Shown here: positions 47,471-56,743 of the stretch, piece by piece
How positions within the stretch are numbered: position 1 is the stretch's first letter
Layout: each line of letters starts with the position of its first letter
Origin: an uncultured Candidatus Rokubacteria bacterium
Lineage (GTDB): Bacteria; Methylomirabilota; Methylomirabilia; Rokubacteriales; DASRDR01
DNA length: 64,000 nucleotides
Assembly: GCA_963708025.1 (NCBI GenBank)
Contig: CAVPSB010000015.1
Location: forward strand, 288,001-352,000
Direction of reading: 5' to 3'
Program-made: the position numbers and the translations under genes
Notes under the pieces: model-generated
The model's database searches: none
What the model saw: the letters and a program-made list of their open reading frames with translations, nothing else
What the model was told of the DNA's origin: nothing

Positions 47471-49483
47471 GTGAGCCAGGTCTTCCTCGACAGTCGCGAC
47501 GGCGGTCTCCGACTCTACCTGAACGGTGAGCTCCAGTTCGACAGCCGGGACGAGCGGCTCTATCACGAGCCACTGGCCCTCGTTCCCACCGCGCTGGCTC
47601 GCGCGCGGGCGGCGGCGCGGGAGCTGCGAGTCCTGATCCTGGGAGGCGGCGACGGCCTGGCGCTGCGGGAGGCGCTCCGGGTCCCCGGGGTCGCCGAGGC
47701 GCACGTGGTCGATCGCGATCCCGACGTCCTGCGCCTCGGCGCCGGCTCGCTGGCGGCCCTCAACGCGGGCGCCTTCCGGGATCCCCGGACGCGCGTCCAC
47801 GTCCGGGACGCGCGCGAGTTCCTCGGCCGGGCCCGGGACTTCGACGTGGTGATCTGTGACCTCACCTACCCGGGTGACGTCGCGGGCGCCGAGCTCCTCA
47901 GCGTTCCGCTGTTCCGGAAGGCGCGGGCCGCGCTGCGACCCGGCGGGGTGCTGAGCGTGAACGCCGTCTCCCCGGAGGAGACGCCCCAGGCCTTCGGCTG
48001 CGTCGGCCGCACGCTCGGCGCCGCCGGGCTGGCCGCCGTCCCATACGCGTTCATGCTGCCCTCGTTCTTCGCCGAGGGCTACGGCCGGTGGGGCTTCTTT
48101 TTCGCCTCCTCCCGGACCATCGGGACGCGTGAGCTCCGGCGGCTCCCCCTGCCGGCGGGCGCCGGAATCACGCGGCCGCTCCTCCTCGAAGGCCTGCGCC
48201 TGCCGGTGGCGGCGGGCCCCGCGATGCGTGTGGCCCCCAACCGGAGCACCGAGCTGCTCTACTACATCTACAACGCGACGCCGCTCGCCTGGGATCCCCC
48301 GTGGCGTCCGTTCCGCTTCGCCGCCTCCGCGCTCGGGGTCGGCCCGCGCCCGACCGCCGCTCAGGGCTTCGCCCGCTGGCTGCGGGCCCCGGCCGGCCGT
48401 CGGACGCTCACCGAGCTGCTGGCCTGCGTGCCCCTGGCCCAGCGCGGCCAGACCCGCGAGGCGTTTCTCGAGTGGAGCGAGCACGCCGCGGTCCTCTTCC
48501 GCGAGGTGGACCTCCGGGCGTTCCTCGAGCGGACGCTCCGGCGGGCGGCGGAGCTGCCCCGCGCCTGGGTCCGCGAGCTGCGCCGGCTCCGGGACCGCAT
48601 CCGGGCCGGGCTCCCGTCGATGGAGGAGCTGCTCGAGCAGGCCTACCGCGTCTTCGCGATCTACCTGCTCGTGCTCCTGCTGGCCAACCTGTTCTTCCCC
48701 GACAACCTGTACGCGAAGGGCGGGAGCTACTCCAGCGGCCGATCGAGCTTCTCGTCCAGCTCCAGCTCGGATTCCGGCCCGTTCCACGGGTTCAGCTTCA
48801 GCGATCCGGGACAGCGCTACGGCCCGTACCGGCACCGCGCGTTCTACTCCCGGGGCTACGGCGTCACCCCGAGCACCGGCGCCGACCGCGTCTACGACGC
48901 CGAGGGGCGGGAGTACCCGGCCCTCCGCTTCGCCCTCACCGACCCCGTGGGCGGACGGAAGCCGGTGCCCTCGCTGCTCGCGCTGAGCCCCGAGCTTCAG
49001 CTCCTCGAGACGGGGGCCATCGCCTACCTGACGGGGCTCGCCGGCTATCAGGCCCTGCTCGAGCCCGGGCGACTCCGCACCCTGGACGCGAGCGGCCGCG
49101 ACGTGCTGGCGCTGGCGCCGCCCACGCGCCTCCAGGCCGACGCCGCCAGCCGGATCGCCCAGCAGGGCCCGCTGATCGACACGGCGCTGGTCGAGCACGA
49201 GCGCTGGCTCGAGTGGACGCGCTGGCGCGCGGTGATCGCGCCGGGGCGGGGGTCGGACTCCGAGCTGGCGGGACTCCAGGCGACCCGGAAGGCCGTGGAT
49301 GCGGCCCGCGAGGTCTGGCAGCGTCCGGGGACGGCGCGCGCGTTCGACCCGCCGGCCGGCTGGGTCACGCTGTTTCCCGGCGTCTACCTCGAGCCGGCGA
49401 GGATCGCCGCCCAGGATCCGACCATCGTCCTGGTCAACCCCGACGGGAGCCAGAGCCGGCAGCCCGTCGGGCCGCCGGGTTGA
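47471..49483 (+). CDS. Spermidine synthase-like (aminopropyltransferase) protein with a long C-terminal extension; frame resumes after TGA to 49627
   Basis: RLYLNGELQFDSRDERLYHEPL, VLILGGGDGLALRE, DARE, LRPGG, WGF. Confidence 0.88.
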   Translation: MSQVFLDSRDGGLRLYLNGELQFDSRDERLYHEPLALVPTALARARAAARELRVLILGGGDGLALREALRVPGVAEAHVVDRDPDVLRLGAGSLAALNAGAFRDPRTRVHVRDAREFLGRARDFDVVICDLTYPGDVAGAELLSVPLFRKARAALRPGGVLSVNAVSPEETPQAFGCVGRTLGAAGLAAVPYAFMLPSFFAEGYGRWGFFFASSRTIGTRELRRLPLPAGAGITRPLLLEGLRLPVAAGPAMRVAPNRSTELLYYIYNATPLAWDPPWRPFRFAASALGVGPRPTAAQGFARWLRAPAGRRTLTELLACVPLAQRGQTREAFLEWSEHAAVLFREVDLRAFLERTLRRAAELPRAWVRELRRLRDRIRAGLPSMEELLEQAYRVFAIYLLVLLLANLFFPDNLYAKGGSYSSGRSSFSSSSSSDSGPFHGFSFSDPGQRYGPYRHRAFYSRGYGVTPSTGADRVYDAEGREYPALRFALTDPVGGRKPVPSLLALSPELQLLETGAIAYLTGLAGYQALLEPGRLRTLDASGRDVLALAPPTRLQADAASRIAQQGPLIDTALVEHERWLEWTRWRAVIAPGRGSDSELAGLQATRKAVDAAREVWQRPGTARAFDPPAGWVTLFPGVYLEPARIAAQDPTIVLVNPDGSQSRQPVGPPG

Positions 49484-49626
49484 CTCACCGACGAGGATCG
49501 CTTTCTCTTCCGCCTGCTCCACCGGCGCCTCACCGAGGGCAAGGACCAGTCGCTCAGCGTCCCGGTGACGCGCTGGATCGAGGCGCACGGGGCGGCCCTC
49601 GGCGTGAAGCCGGCCCCGCGCTCGTG

Positions 49627-50685
49627 ATGCGGATCGCCCCGCTCGACAGCCGGCACCGCGAGGCCTGGGACCGGCTGGTCGCGACCCATCCGGCATCCGG
49701 CTTCATGCAGTCGTGGGCGTGGTCGTGCTTCAAGGAGCTGGAAGGCTACCGGGTCGTGCGGCTGGGCGTCTTCGAGGGGGAGGCGCTCGCCGGCGGGGCG
49801 ATCGGCTACGCGTTCCCTTCGCCGGCCGAGGCCGCGCTGCTGGCCGTGCCCGACGGGCCGCTCCTCGACTGGGACGCGCCCACCGCCGGCGCCGCTTTCG
49901 AGGCGCTGGTGCGCGCCCTCCGGCGATCGCCGGCGGGCCGGCGGGCGGTGGCGGTGCGCGTCGAGCCGCGGCTCCCGCTCGGGGCGGGGCCGGAGCGGGT
50001 GCCGGCGCCGCTCCGCGGCCTGGCCCGCGCGCCCGTGGACCTGGTCCCCGAGGAGACCCTCGAGGTCGACCTGGGACCGGAGGACCTCATGCTGGCGCGG
50101 ATGAAGCCGAAGGGGCGCTACAACGCCCGCCTGGCCTGGCGCCGCGGTGTCGAGGTGGTGAGCTCGTCCGACCCCGGCGACGTGCACTCGCTCCACTTCG
50201 TCCTGGAGCAGACCGCCGGCTACCAGGACTTCCTCCTCGAGCCCAAGAGCTTCTTCATCAACCTGGCCGGGGCGCTCATGCCGGCCATGGCCCGGCTGGC
50301 CTTCGCCCGCTACAAGGGCATCACGCTGGCCGCGGCGCTGACCGTGCGCCACGGCGCGACCGTGACGTACCTCTACGGCGGGCACCTCCCGCTGTTCCCC
50401 GACGTGATGGCTAGCCATGCGCTCCACTGGCACGTCATGCGGGAGGCGGCGGCCGAGGGCGCCCGCGTCTACGACCTCTACGGTTACGCGCCGCCCGACC
50501 GGCCCGGCCATCCCTACGCCGGCTTCTCGCGCTTCAAGGAGAAGCTGGGCGGGCGCCACGTGCGCCGGATCGGCTCTCACGACGTCGTCTTCTACGATCG
50601 GCTGGCCGACGCCGCCCTCCGCGCGATCCGGTCGGCATCGGCGGTGCGGAGGCGCGCCGCCTCGGAGAGATCGGAGAGAACATGA
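49627..50685 (+). CDS. FemAB/FemX-family aminoacyl-tRNA-dependent transferase
   Basis: WDRLV...FMQSWAW..FK, MKPKGRYNARLA, YLYGG, LHWHVMREA, YDLYG, GFSRFKEKLGG. Confidence 0.88.
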   Translation: MRIAPLDSRHREAWDRLVATHPASGFMQSWAWSCFKELEGYRVVRLGVFEGEALAGGAIGYAFPSPAEAALLAVPDGPLLDWDAPTAGAAFEALVRALRRSPAGRRAVAVRVEPRLPLGAGPERVPAPLRGLARAPVDLVPEETLEVDLGPEDLMLARMKPKGRYNARLAWRRGVEVVSSSDPGDVHSLHFVLEQTAGYQDFLLEPKSFFINLAGALMPAMARLAFARYKGITLAAALTVRHGATVTYLYGGHLPLFPDVMASHALHWHVMREAAAEGARVYDLYGYAPPDRPGHPYAGFSRFKEKLGGRHVRRIGSHDVVFYDRLADAALRAIRSASAVRRRAASERSERT

Positions 50686-51521
50686 GCTACGGGCTGTCAG
50701 CCGTCACCTATCTCGTCCTGTCCTTCGGGATCTGCTGGATCGGGAAGGTGGCCTACGGCCTCTTTCATCCCCGCGTCCGGGTCGACCGGGAGATGACCGC
50801 CCGCGACAACCTCGCGTTCGCGGTGCCGATGGGCGCCTACTACCTCGGCATTCTCATCGTGATGGGGGCCCCGCTCTCGGGGCAGCCCCGGGGGGATTTC
50901 GTGCGGGAGGCGCTCTCGGTACTGGCGTGGGGCGTCCTGGCCATGGTGCTGCTGAACGTCGCCTCGCTCGCCAACCGGCGGTTCCTGTTCGGCGGCATCG
51001 ACCTGGCGGGGGAGATCCTCGAGCGGACCAACGTGGCGGCCGGGATCCTGGTCGGCGGCTCGCACATCGCCAACGCCCTCCTGATCCTCGGGGCCCTGGC
51101 CGACGAGGGCGGCCTCCTGCCGGCGGCCGTCTTCTGGCTGTACGCCCAGGTCCTCCTGACGCTGGCCGCGATCGCCTTCCAGCGCCTCGTCCGCTGCGAC
51201 CTCGCCGCCGAGATCCGGCGGGGGAACCAGGCGCTCGCGCTCGCGGTCGCCGGGGCGCTCATCGGCATCGGCAACATCCTGCGCATGTCGATCAGCGGGC
51301 CCTTCGAGGGCTGGTCGGCGGGCTTCGCCGCCTCGACCGGCTACGCGGTGGCCGGCCTCGTGCTCCTCTTCGTGGTCCGGCAGCTCGCCGACTGGGTGCT
51401 CCTGCCGGGGGTGACGATCCGGCAGGAGGTCCTGGAGCAGGAGGTGCCGAACGTCGGCGTCGGCTACCTCGAGGCGGTCTTCTACCTGGGGGCGTCGCTG
51501 CTGGTCGGCTGGAGCCTGTAG
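50682..51521 (+). CDS. Tandem DUF350-domain membrane protein
   Basis: Repeated D/E-I-x-x-N-x-A helix caps (DNLA, TNVA, GNQA, PNVG) between TM pairs. Confidence 0.8.
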   Translation: MSYGLSAVTYLVLSFGICWIGKVAYGLFHPRVRVDREMTARDNLAFAVPMGAYYLGILIVMGAPLSGQPRGDFVREALSVLAWGVLAMVLLNVASLANRRFLFGGIDLAGEILERTNVAAGILVGGSHIANALLILGALADEGGLLPAAVFWLYAQVLLTLAAIAFQRLVRCDLAAEIRRGNQALALAVAGALIGIGNILRMSISGPFEGWSAGFAASTGYAVAGLVLLFVVRQLADWVLLPGVTIRQEVLEQEVPNVGVGYLEAVFYLGASLLVGWSL

Positions 51522-51526
51522 ATCCT

Positions 51527-51632
51527 TCGGGGGGGTCTCGGAAGACCCCCCCGATGCCCCCCTCGGTTGCGGCGCCTAGTGGACGGCCTTCGGCCTTTGG
51601 GCTGCCGCTCGGACGCTGCACGCTGCCGAGCG
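51527..51632. repeat. Palindromic intergenic element (family 3), possible bidirectional terminator
   Basis: Perfect 12-bp stem TCGGGGGGGTCT-CGGA-AGACCCCCCCGA between convergent genes; related to 34040-34118; contains a GGCCTTCGGCC module. Confidence 0.7.
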
Positions 51633-51665
51633 CGGCCGGCCGCAGCCGTTCCCGATGCTCCTCCT

Positions 51666-52286
51666 CTAGGTTCCGAAGAGGCGGTCGCCGAAGTCGCCCA
51701 GCCCGGGCAGGATGAACTTCCGCTCGTTGAGCTCGCGATCGACCGCCGCGGTGTAGACGATGGCGTCCGGGACCGCCGACCGGAGGAGGGCGATGCCCTC
51801 GGGTGCGGCCACGATCGACAGGAGGCGTACCCGGCGGGCGCCGAGCTCGGCGAGTCCCTCGATCGCCATCGCGGCCGAGCCCCCCGTGGCCAGCATGGGG
51901 TCGAGGAGGAAGACCACGGCGCCCGCCAGGTCTTTCGGCACCTTCTCGTAGTAGCGACGCGCCACCGCCGTCACCTCGTCGCGCTCGAGGCCGAAGTAGC
52001 CGACTTGCGCCTGCGGCACGAGCTCGAGGAACCCGTCGAGCATGCCCAGGCCGGCGCGCAGCACCGGCACCGCGACCACCCGCGCCGCGAGCCGGCGCAC
52101 CGCCGTCGCCTCCAGCGGCGTCTCGACCGTGCGCTCGGCCAGCGGCAGGTCGCGGGTGGCCTCCGCGACCAGGAGCAGGCTCACCCGGCGGGCGAGCTGG
52201 CGAAAGACGTCGCTGGGAGTGTGGCGATCCCGCAGCGCGGCGAGAACATCCTCGACCAGGGGGTGCTGGAGAACGTGGACGTCCAT
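51666..52286 (-). CDS. upp: Uracil phosphoribosyltransferase
   Basis: PVLRAGLGM, DPMLATGGSA, FILPGLGDFGDRLFGT. Confidence 0.97.
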   Translation of the reverse strand: MDVHVLQHPLVEDVLAALRDRHTPSDVFRQLARRVSLLLVAEATRDLPLAERTVETPLEATAVRRLAARVVAVPVLRAGLGMLDGFLELVPQAQVGYFGLERDEVTAVARRYYEKVPKDLAGAVVFLLDPMLATGGSAAMAIEGLAELGARRVRLLSIVAAPEGIALLRSAVPDAIVYTAAVDRELNERKFILPGLGDFGDRLFGT

Positions 52287-52300
52287 GGGTCGCTGCGGCG

Positions 52301-53860
52301 CTACCGCTCGAGGTCTCGCAGCACCACGGTGGCCGCGTTGCGGCCGGGCAGGCCGCTGACGTACCCCCCGGGGTGGCTGCCGCTCCCGCAGAGGTAGAGG
52401 CTCCCGACCGGCATCCGGTGGCCACCGAACCCCGGGATCGGCCGGAGCGAGAAGAGCTGCTCGAGGGTCAGGTCCCCGTGGAAGATGTTCCCGCCGGTGA
52501 TGTTGAAGCGCGCCTCGATGTCGGGGGGCACCAGGACCATCCAGTCGCGGATCACGTCCCGGATGTTGGGGGCGTGCTCGGCCAGCGTGTCGAAGACGTC
52601 CTCCACGAACGCGCGCCGCCGCTCGGGCGTCCAGGGACCATCGGCCGGCTGGTACGGCACCCAGTCGCCGTACACCGTCATCGTGTGCTTTCCGGGGGGC
52701 GCCAGCCCGGGATCGGTGATCGACTGGAAGTGGAGGATCGCGTACGGCCGCCGGGGGACCCGACCCGCCCGCGCGTCCCGGTAGGCCGTCTCCAGGTACT
52801 CGAGGCTCGGGGAGATGACGACGCCGCCGCGGAGGTACGGCGTCTGGTCGCCGGGCGGCAACGCCCGGAAGCGCGGCAAGGCGTCCAGCGCGCAGTTGAT
52901 CTTGTAGGAGCAGCCGGTCGTGCGATAGCGCCGGAGGTCGGCGACCACGTCGGGATCGAGCGCCTGCTCGCCGACGAGCCCCAGCAGCGTGTGGCGGGGG
53001 TCGGCGTTGGAGAGCACGACCCGGGCCGGCACCTCTTCCCCGCCGGCGAGCGCGACCCCGGTCGCCGCGCCATCCCTGATCAGCACGCGCTCGACGGTGA
53101 CGCCGGTCCGGATCTCCCCGCCGTGCCGGCGCAGCGTGGTGGCGAGCGCCTGGCTGAGCCCGCCCATGCCGCCGCGGATGTACCCGAAGCACCCCAGGTG
53201 GTCGTCCACGCGCGCGGCCAGGTGGTGGGCCTTCGAGTACGCCGACCCGGGCGTGGACGGCCCGACGAACGTGCCCACGGCGCCGCCGAAGGCGAGGAGT
53301 CCCTTGACGCCCTCCGACTCGAAGTACGCGTCGACCAGGTCCCGGGTGGTGCCCAGGATGAACCGGGCCAGCAGGCGCTCGCCGTCCGCCCCGTGGAATG
53401 CTCGCGCGAAGTCGCCCCACGTCCAGTCGTCGGCCGGACGCAGGAAGTGATCGCGCAGGATCGCTCCCACCCGGGCGCCGTCAGCCTCGAAGCGCGGCCA
53501 GGCCTCGGCGTCGCGCCGCGACCACCGGGCCACGTCGCGGACCGTCCGCTCGAGGTCGGGGTAGACGACCAGGTGTCGGCCGTCCGGGAAGACGCCGGTG
53601 AACTGCGGATCGCGGACGTACGACGCGAAGCCCGCCTCCCGGAGTCCGAGCTCCTGCACGATCTCCGGCTGTAGCATGCCGACCGTGTACGACGCCACGC
53701 TCAGGCGGAAGCCCGGGAACAGCTCCTCGGTCACGCAGGCGCCGCCTACCAGCTCGCGGCGCTCCAGCACCACGACCGAGAGCCCGGCCCTGGCGAGATA
53801 GCACGCCGCCGTCAGCCCGTTGTGCCCGCCCCCCACCACGACCGCGTCATAGCGCTTCAT
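52301..53860 (-). CDS. Phytoene dehydrogenase-like FAD oxidoreductase
   Basis: VGGGHNGL...LERRELVGGA, GGMG, GGNIFHG, LYLCGSGSHPGG. Confidence 0.9.
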   Translation of the reverse strand: MKRYDAVVVGGGHNGLTAACYLARAGLSVVVLERRELVGGACVTEELFPGFRLSVASYTVGMLQPEIVQELGLREAGFASYVRDPQFTGVFPDGRHLVVYPDLERTVRDVARWSRRDAEAWPRFEADGARVGAILRDHFLRPADDWTWGDFARAFHGADGERLLARFILGTTRDLVDAYFESEGVKGLLAFGGAVGTFVGPSTPGSAYSKAHHLAARVDDHLGCFGYIRGGMGGLSQALATTLRRHGGEIRTGVTVERVLIRDGAATGVALAGGEEVPARVVLSNADPRHTLLGLVGEQALDPDVVADLRRYRTTGCSYKINCALDALPRFRALPPGDQTPYLRGGVVISPSLEYLETAYRDARAGRVPRRPYAILHFQSITDPGLAPPGKHTMTVYGDWVPYQPADGPWTPERRRAFVEDVFDTLAEHAPNIRDVIRDWMVLVPPDIEARFNITGGNIFHGDLTLEQLFSLRPIPGFGGHRMPVGSLYLCGSGSHPGGYVSGLPGRNAATVVLRDLER

Positions 53861-53966
53861 CCCCGGCCTCCTCCCTTGCCCGGCTCCGGCGCAGCCCAAT
53901 TATAGGGGCGAGGTCCGAGAAGTGTCGGCCGAAGTCCGGCGGCATGCCTTGGAGCTCGGCGCGCGG

Positions 53967-54551
53967 TCACGGCGCCCGGAGGAGGCTCCGAAAGGTCAGG
54001 CTGATGCGCTCGCCTCCGGCGCCGGCCTGGCGGGGCACACCGTGGACGTAGTGGCGCTGGACGGTCCCGCCCATGACCAGGAGGGCGCCGTGGCCGAGCT
54101 CGAGGTCGTGCCGCTCCCGGTCCTGCTTCCGCCGCGGCTTGATGGCGAGGCGCCGGGTCGCGCCGAGCGACACGATCGCCACCGTCGGGTCGGGCCCCAG
54201 CTCCGGCTCGTCGTCGGCGTGGAGTCCCATGCTGTCGTCGCCGGTCCGGTAGCGATTCACGAGGACGTGGTTGAATGGCACGCCGGTCTGGCCGCGCACG
54301 CGCTCGAGGAGGCGCCCCGCCGCCGGCGTGAATGCGCGCGGCTCGAGGGTCTGCCCCGAGTACCGGTAGCCGAGGTCGCCGGCCCAGGCGATCAGCCGTG
54401 GCTGGAGGACGCGCCGGCCGAAGAGCACGATGGCGCGCTGCTCCCAGGTCAGCTCGTCGCGGAGCGCCGCCAGCGCCGCATCGGCCTCGTCCGCCGACAG
54501 CCAGGCCGCGTCGAAGTCGAGCCAGGCACCCGATGCGAGAGGAATGCGCAT
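53967..54551 (-). CDS. AlkB-family 2OG-Fe(II) dioxygenase (ALKBH2/3-like)
   Basis: QPRLIAW, YRYSG, HADDE, H.VP, RISLTFR. Confidence 0.93.
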   Translation of the reverse strand: MRIPLASGAWLDFDAAWLSADEADAALAALRDELTWEQRAIVLFGRRVLQPRLIAWAGDLGYRYSGQTLEPRAFTPAAGRLLERVRGQTGVPFNHVLVNRYRTGDDSMGLHADDEPELGPDPTVAIVSLGATRRLAIKPRRKQDRERHDLELGHGALLVMGGTVQRHYVHGVPRQAGAGGERISLTFRSLLRAP

Positions 54552-54608
54552 GCCGCGCGGCCGGGGTTCACCAGGGGAGACTCGACCCCGGCGAGTGAGG
54601 GAGTCCGC

Positions 54609-54986
54609 TCATCGCGGGCGGGCCCACGGCTCGCGGGGGTCGTGCGCCCGGATCCGCCGGACCTCGACGCTGCCCAGGCGCGCTCCCGGGATCCGCCCGG
54701 CCACCTGGACGGCCTCGTCGAGATCCCGCGCCTCGATGAGGTAGTACCCGCCGAGCTGCTCCTTCGTCTCGGCGAAGGGGCCGTCGACGGTGGACAGCTT
54801 CCCGTTGCGCATGCGCACGGTGGCGGCGGTCTGCACCGGGTCGAGCGGCGAGGCGCTCACGTAGTGCCCGCTCTTGCGGAGCTGCTCGCAGAGCTCCAGG
54901 TTCTCGACGACCAGGGCGTCCCATTCGCTGTCGGACAGCGCGGCGAGCCGCTTCTCTTCCGCGTAGACCAGGCACAGGTACTTCAC
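54609..54986 (-). CDS. YciI family protein
   Basis: (M)KYLCLVY...ATVR...DGPFAETKEQLGGYY...VEVR; SD AAGGAGG. Confidence 0.92.
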   Translation of the reverse strand: MKYLCLVYAEEKRLAALSDSEWDALVVENLELCEQLRKSGHYVSASPLDPVQTAATVRMRNGKLSTVDGPFAETKEQLGGYYLIEARDLDEAVQVAGRIPGARLGSVEVRRIRAHDPREPWARPR

Positions 54987-55407
54987 GGCTTCCTCCTTGG
55001 GCTCGCGGTCGTCCCCCGGGGGGATGGGCGGACCGAGCCTCCTCCCCCCCTGATGGTGCGCGCCGGGCGCGGGGGCGTCAAGAACGCGATCCCTGGCGCG
55101 ATCCCTGGCGGAAGGGAGACGGCCGATGACGGCATCAGCTGCGCCAGGCGCCGTCACGCGAGCGACGCCGAGACCCTGGCCGGCCGGCGCGGGCTCGAGG
55201 ACACCCACGGGTCCCGCCCCGGACGGTCAGGGCCGGAGCCCGGTCGGGCCCGGCGCCCTTGCGGCCGATCGAGTGCTCGTCTAGGATGCCGGTGGCGAGC
55301 CGGAGCGTGTCGCGCACGGCGAGGCTGATCGAGCGCTGCCTCGGTTCCGCGCGCCGCGAGGCGCCCCGGACAGGTCGAGGACTCCGTGCCGGCCCAAGGA
55401 GGTCACC

Positions 55408-56701
55408 ATGAGCACCCGGAGTCGGGTCGTCGCACTGCTCGTGTCGATGAGCCTGGTCGGCGTCGCGGCCCTCGCGGCCGCCGCCCCGGTCACGCTCACC
55501 TTCCGGTTCAACGACGCCGAGCACAAGGAGCTGCGGGAGGCGCTCGACGTCTTCGAGCGGCAGAACCCGAACATCAAGGTGAGCCTGCAGCGCATCGCCT
55601 GGGCCGACTCCCGCGAGCAGTTCCTCCGCGAGGCGGCGGTGGGGCAGGGGCCGGACGTGGTGCACGTGGCCCAGGTCGCCGTGCGCAGCATGGGGCAGGC
55701 CGGCGCGTTCTACAAGCTGAACGACCTGGTCAAGCGGTACGGCCTCCTGGGCGGGTGGGACGACTTCCTGTCCACCGAGCTGGCCGCCCAGGACGACGGC
55801 ACCATCCACGCGATCCCCTGGACGGTGGACACCTTCGCCATGGTCTACAACCCGGAGATCCTCAAGCAGGCGGGGATCGCGAAGTTCCCGGAGACCTGGG
55901 ACGAGCTCAGGCAGGCCAGCCGCCAGATCAAGGCGAAGACCGGGAAGGTCGGCTGGGCGTTCCCGGCCGGCAGCGGCTCCACCAACTCGATCTGGTTCTT
56001 CTGCAACTTCTACTGGTGGTCTCACGGCTGGGGCCTGGTGGACCGGACGCCCGACGGAAAGTACGCGATGGGGATCACCGTCCCCCAGATCGCCGAGGCC
56101 TTCGACTACTACAACTCGTACTTCAAGGAAGGCCTCAACGACAAGTCGATGCTGGCGGTGACCAACTGGGGGGCCCAGGAGCTGATCGAGGGCATGGTGC
56201 AGGGGAGCTACGCGATCATCAGCACGCCCGAGTTCGTCCTGACCCAGATCGAGGAGGCCTACAAGGCCCGCTATCCCGGTAAACCCCTGCCGTTCGCCTC
56301 CACCATCCATCCCAAGGACCGGAACGGCTCCAAGACGTTCATCGGCGGCCGCCAGCTGGCCATCAACGCGAACACGAAGTATCCGGACGAGGCGTTCAAG
56401 CTGGTCCAGTACCTGATCGGCCCCGACATCTACGCCAAGTACTACGTCGGCCAGTGGCCGGCGCAGAAGAGCGGAATCGCCAAGATCCAGCGCCCGCCCG
56501 CCCACATGGGGCTACCCGGAGCAGCTCAAGCACGCCCGGCAGTGGGGCGCGTACTCCAGCGGGCCGGTGGCCATCCCGACGATGTGGAACGCGGTGGGGC
56601 GCGCCATCGGGTCGGTGTTCACCGGGGAGAGGGCCTCCACGGCGGCGGCCCAGGAGGTGTACGACCTGGTCCAGGCCGAGCTTGCCAAGAAGAAGCCGTA
56701 G
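55408..56701 (+). CDS. Carbohydrate ABC transporter substrate-binding protein (+1 frameshift about 56510)
   Basis: Signal peptide, FERQNPNIKV, GPDV, PETWDEL; removing one G gives ...HMGYPEQLKHARQW...KKKP*. Confidence 0.88.
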
Positions 56702-56743
56702 GAGCCCGCCGAGACCCGACGCCGGAAGCGAGCCGGAGACCCA

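Noticed and set aside
49481-49483. Selenocysteine codon
   Set aside because: No redox or Cys-type context, and no convincing SECIS-like hairpin recognised downstream.
55040-55400. Riboswitch or small gene in the yciI-sugar SBP intergenic region
   Set aside because: Only a 12-bp tandem duplication (CGCGATCCCTGG x2) and short low-quality ORFs; no recognisable motif.
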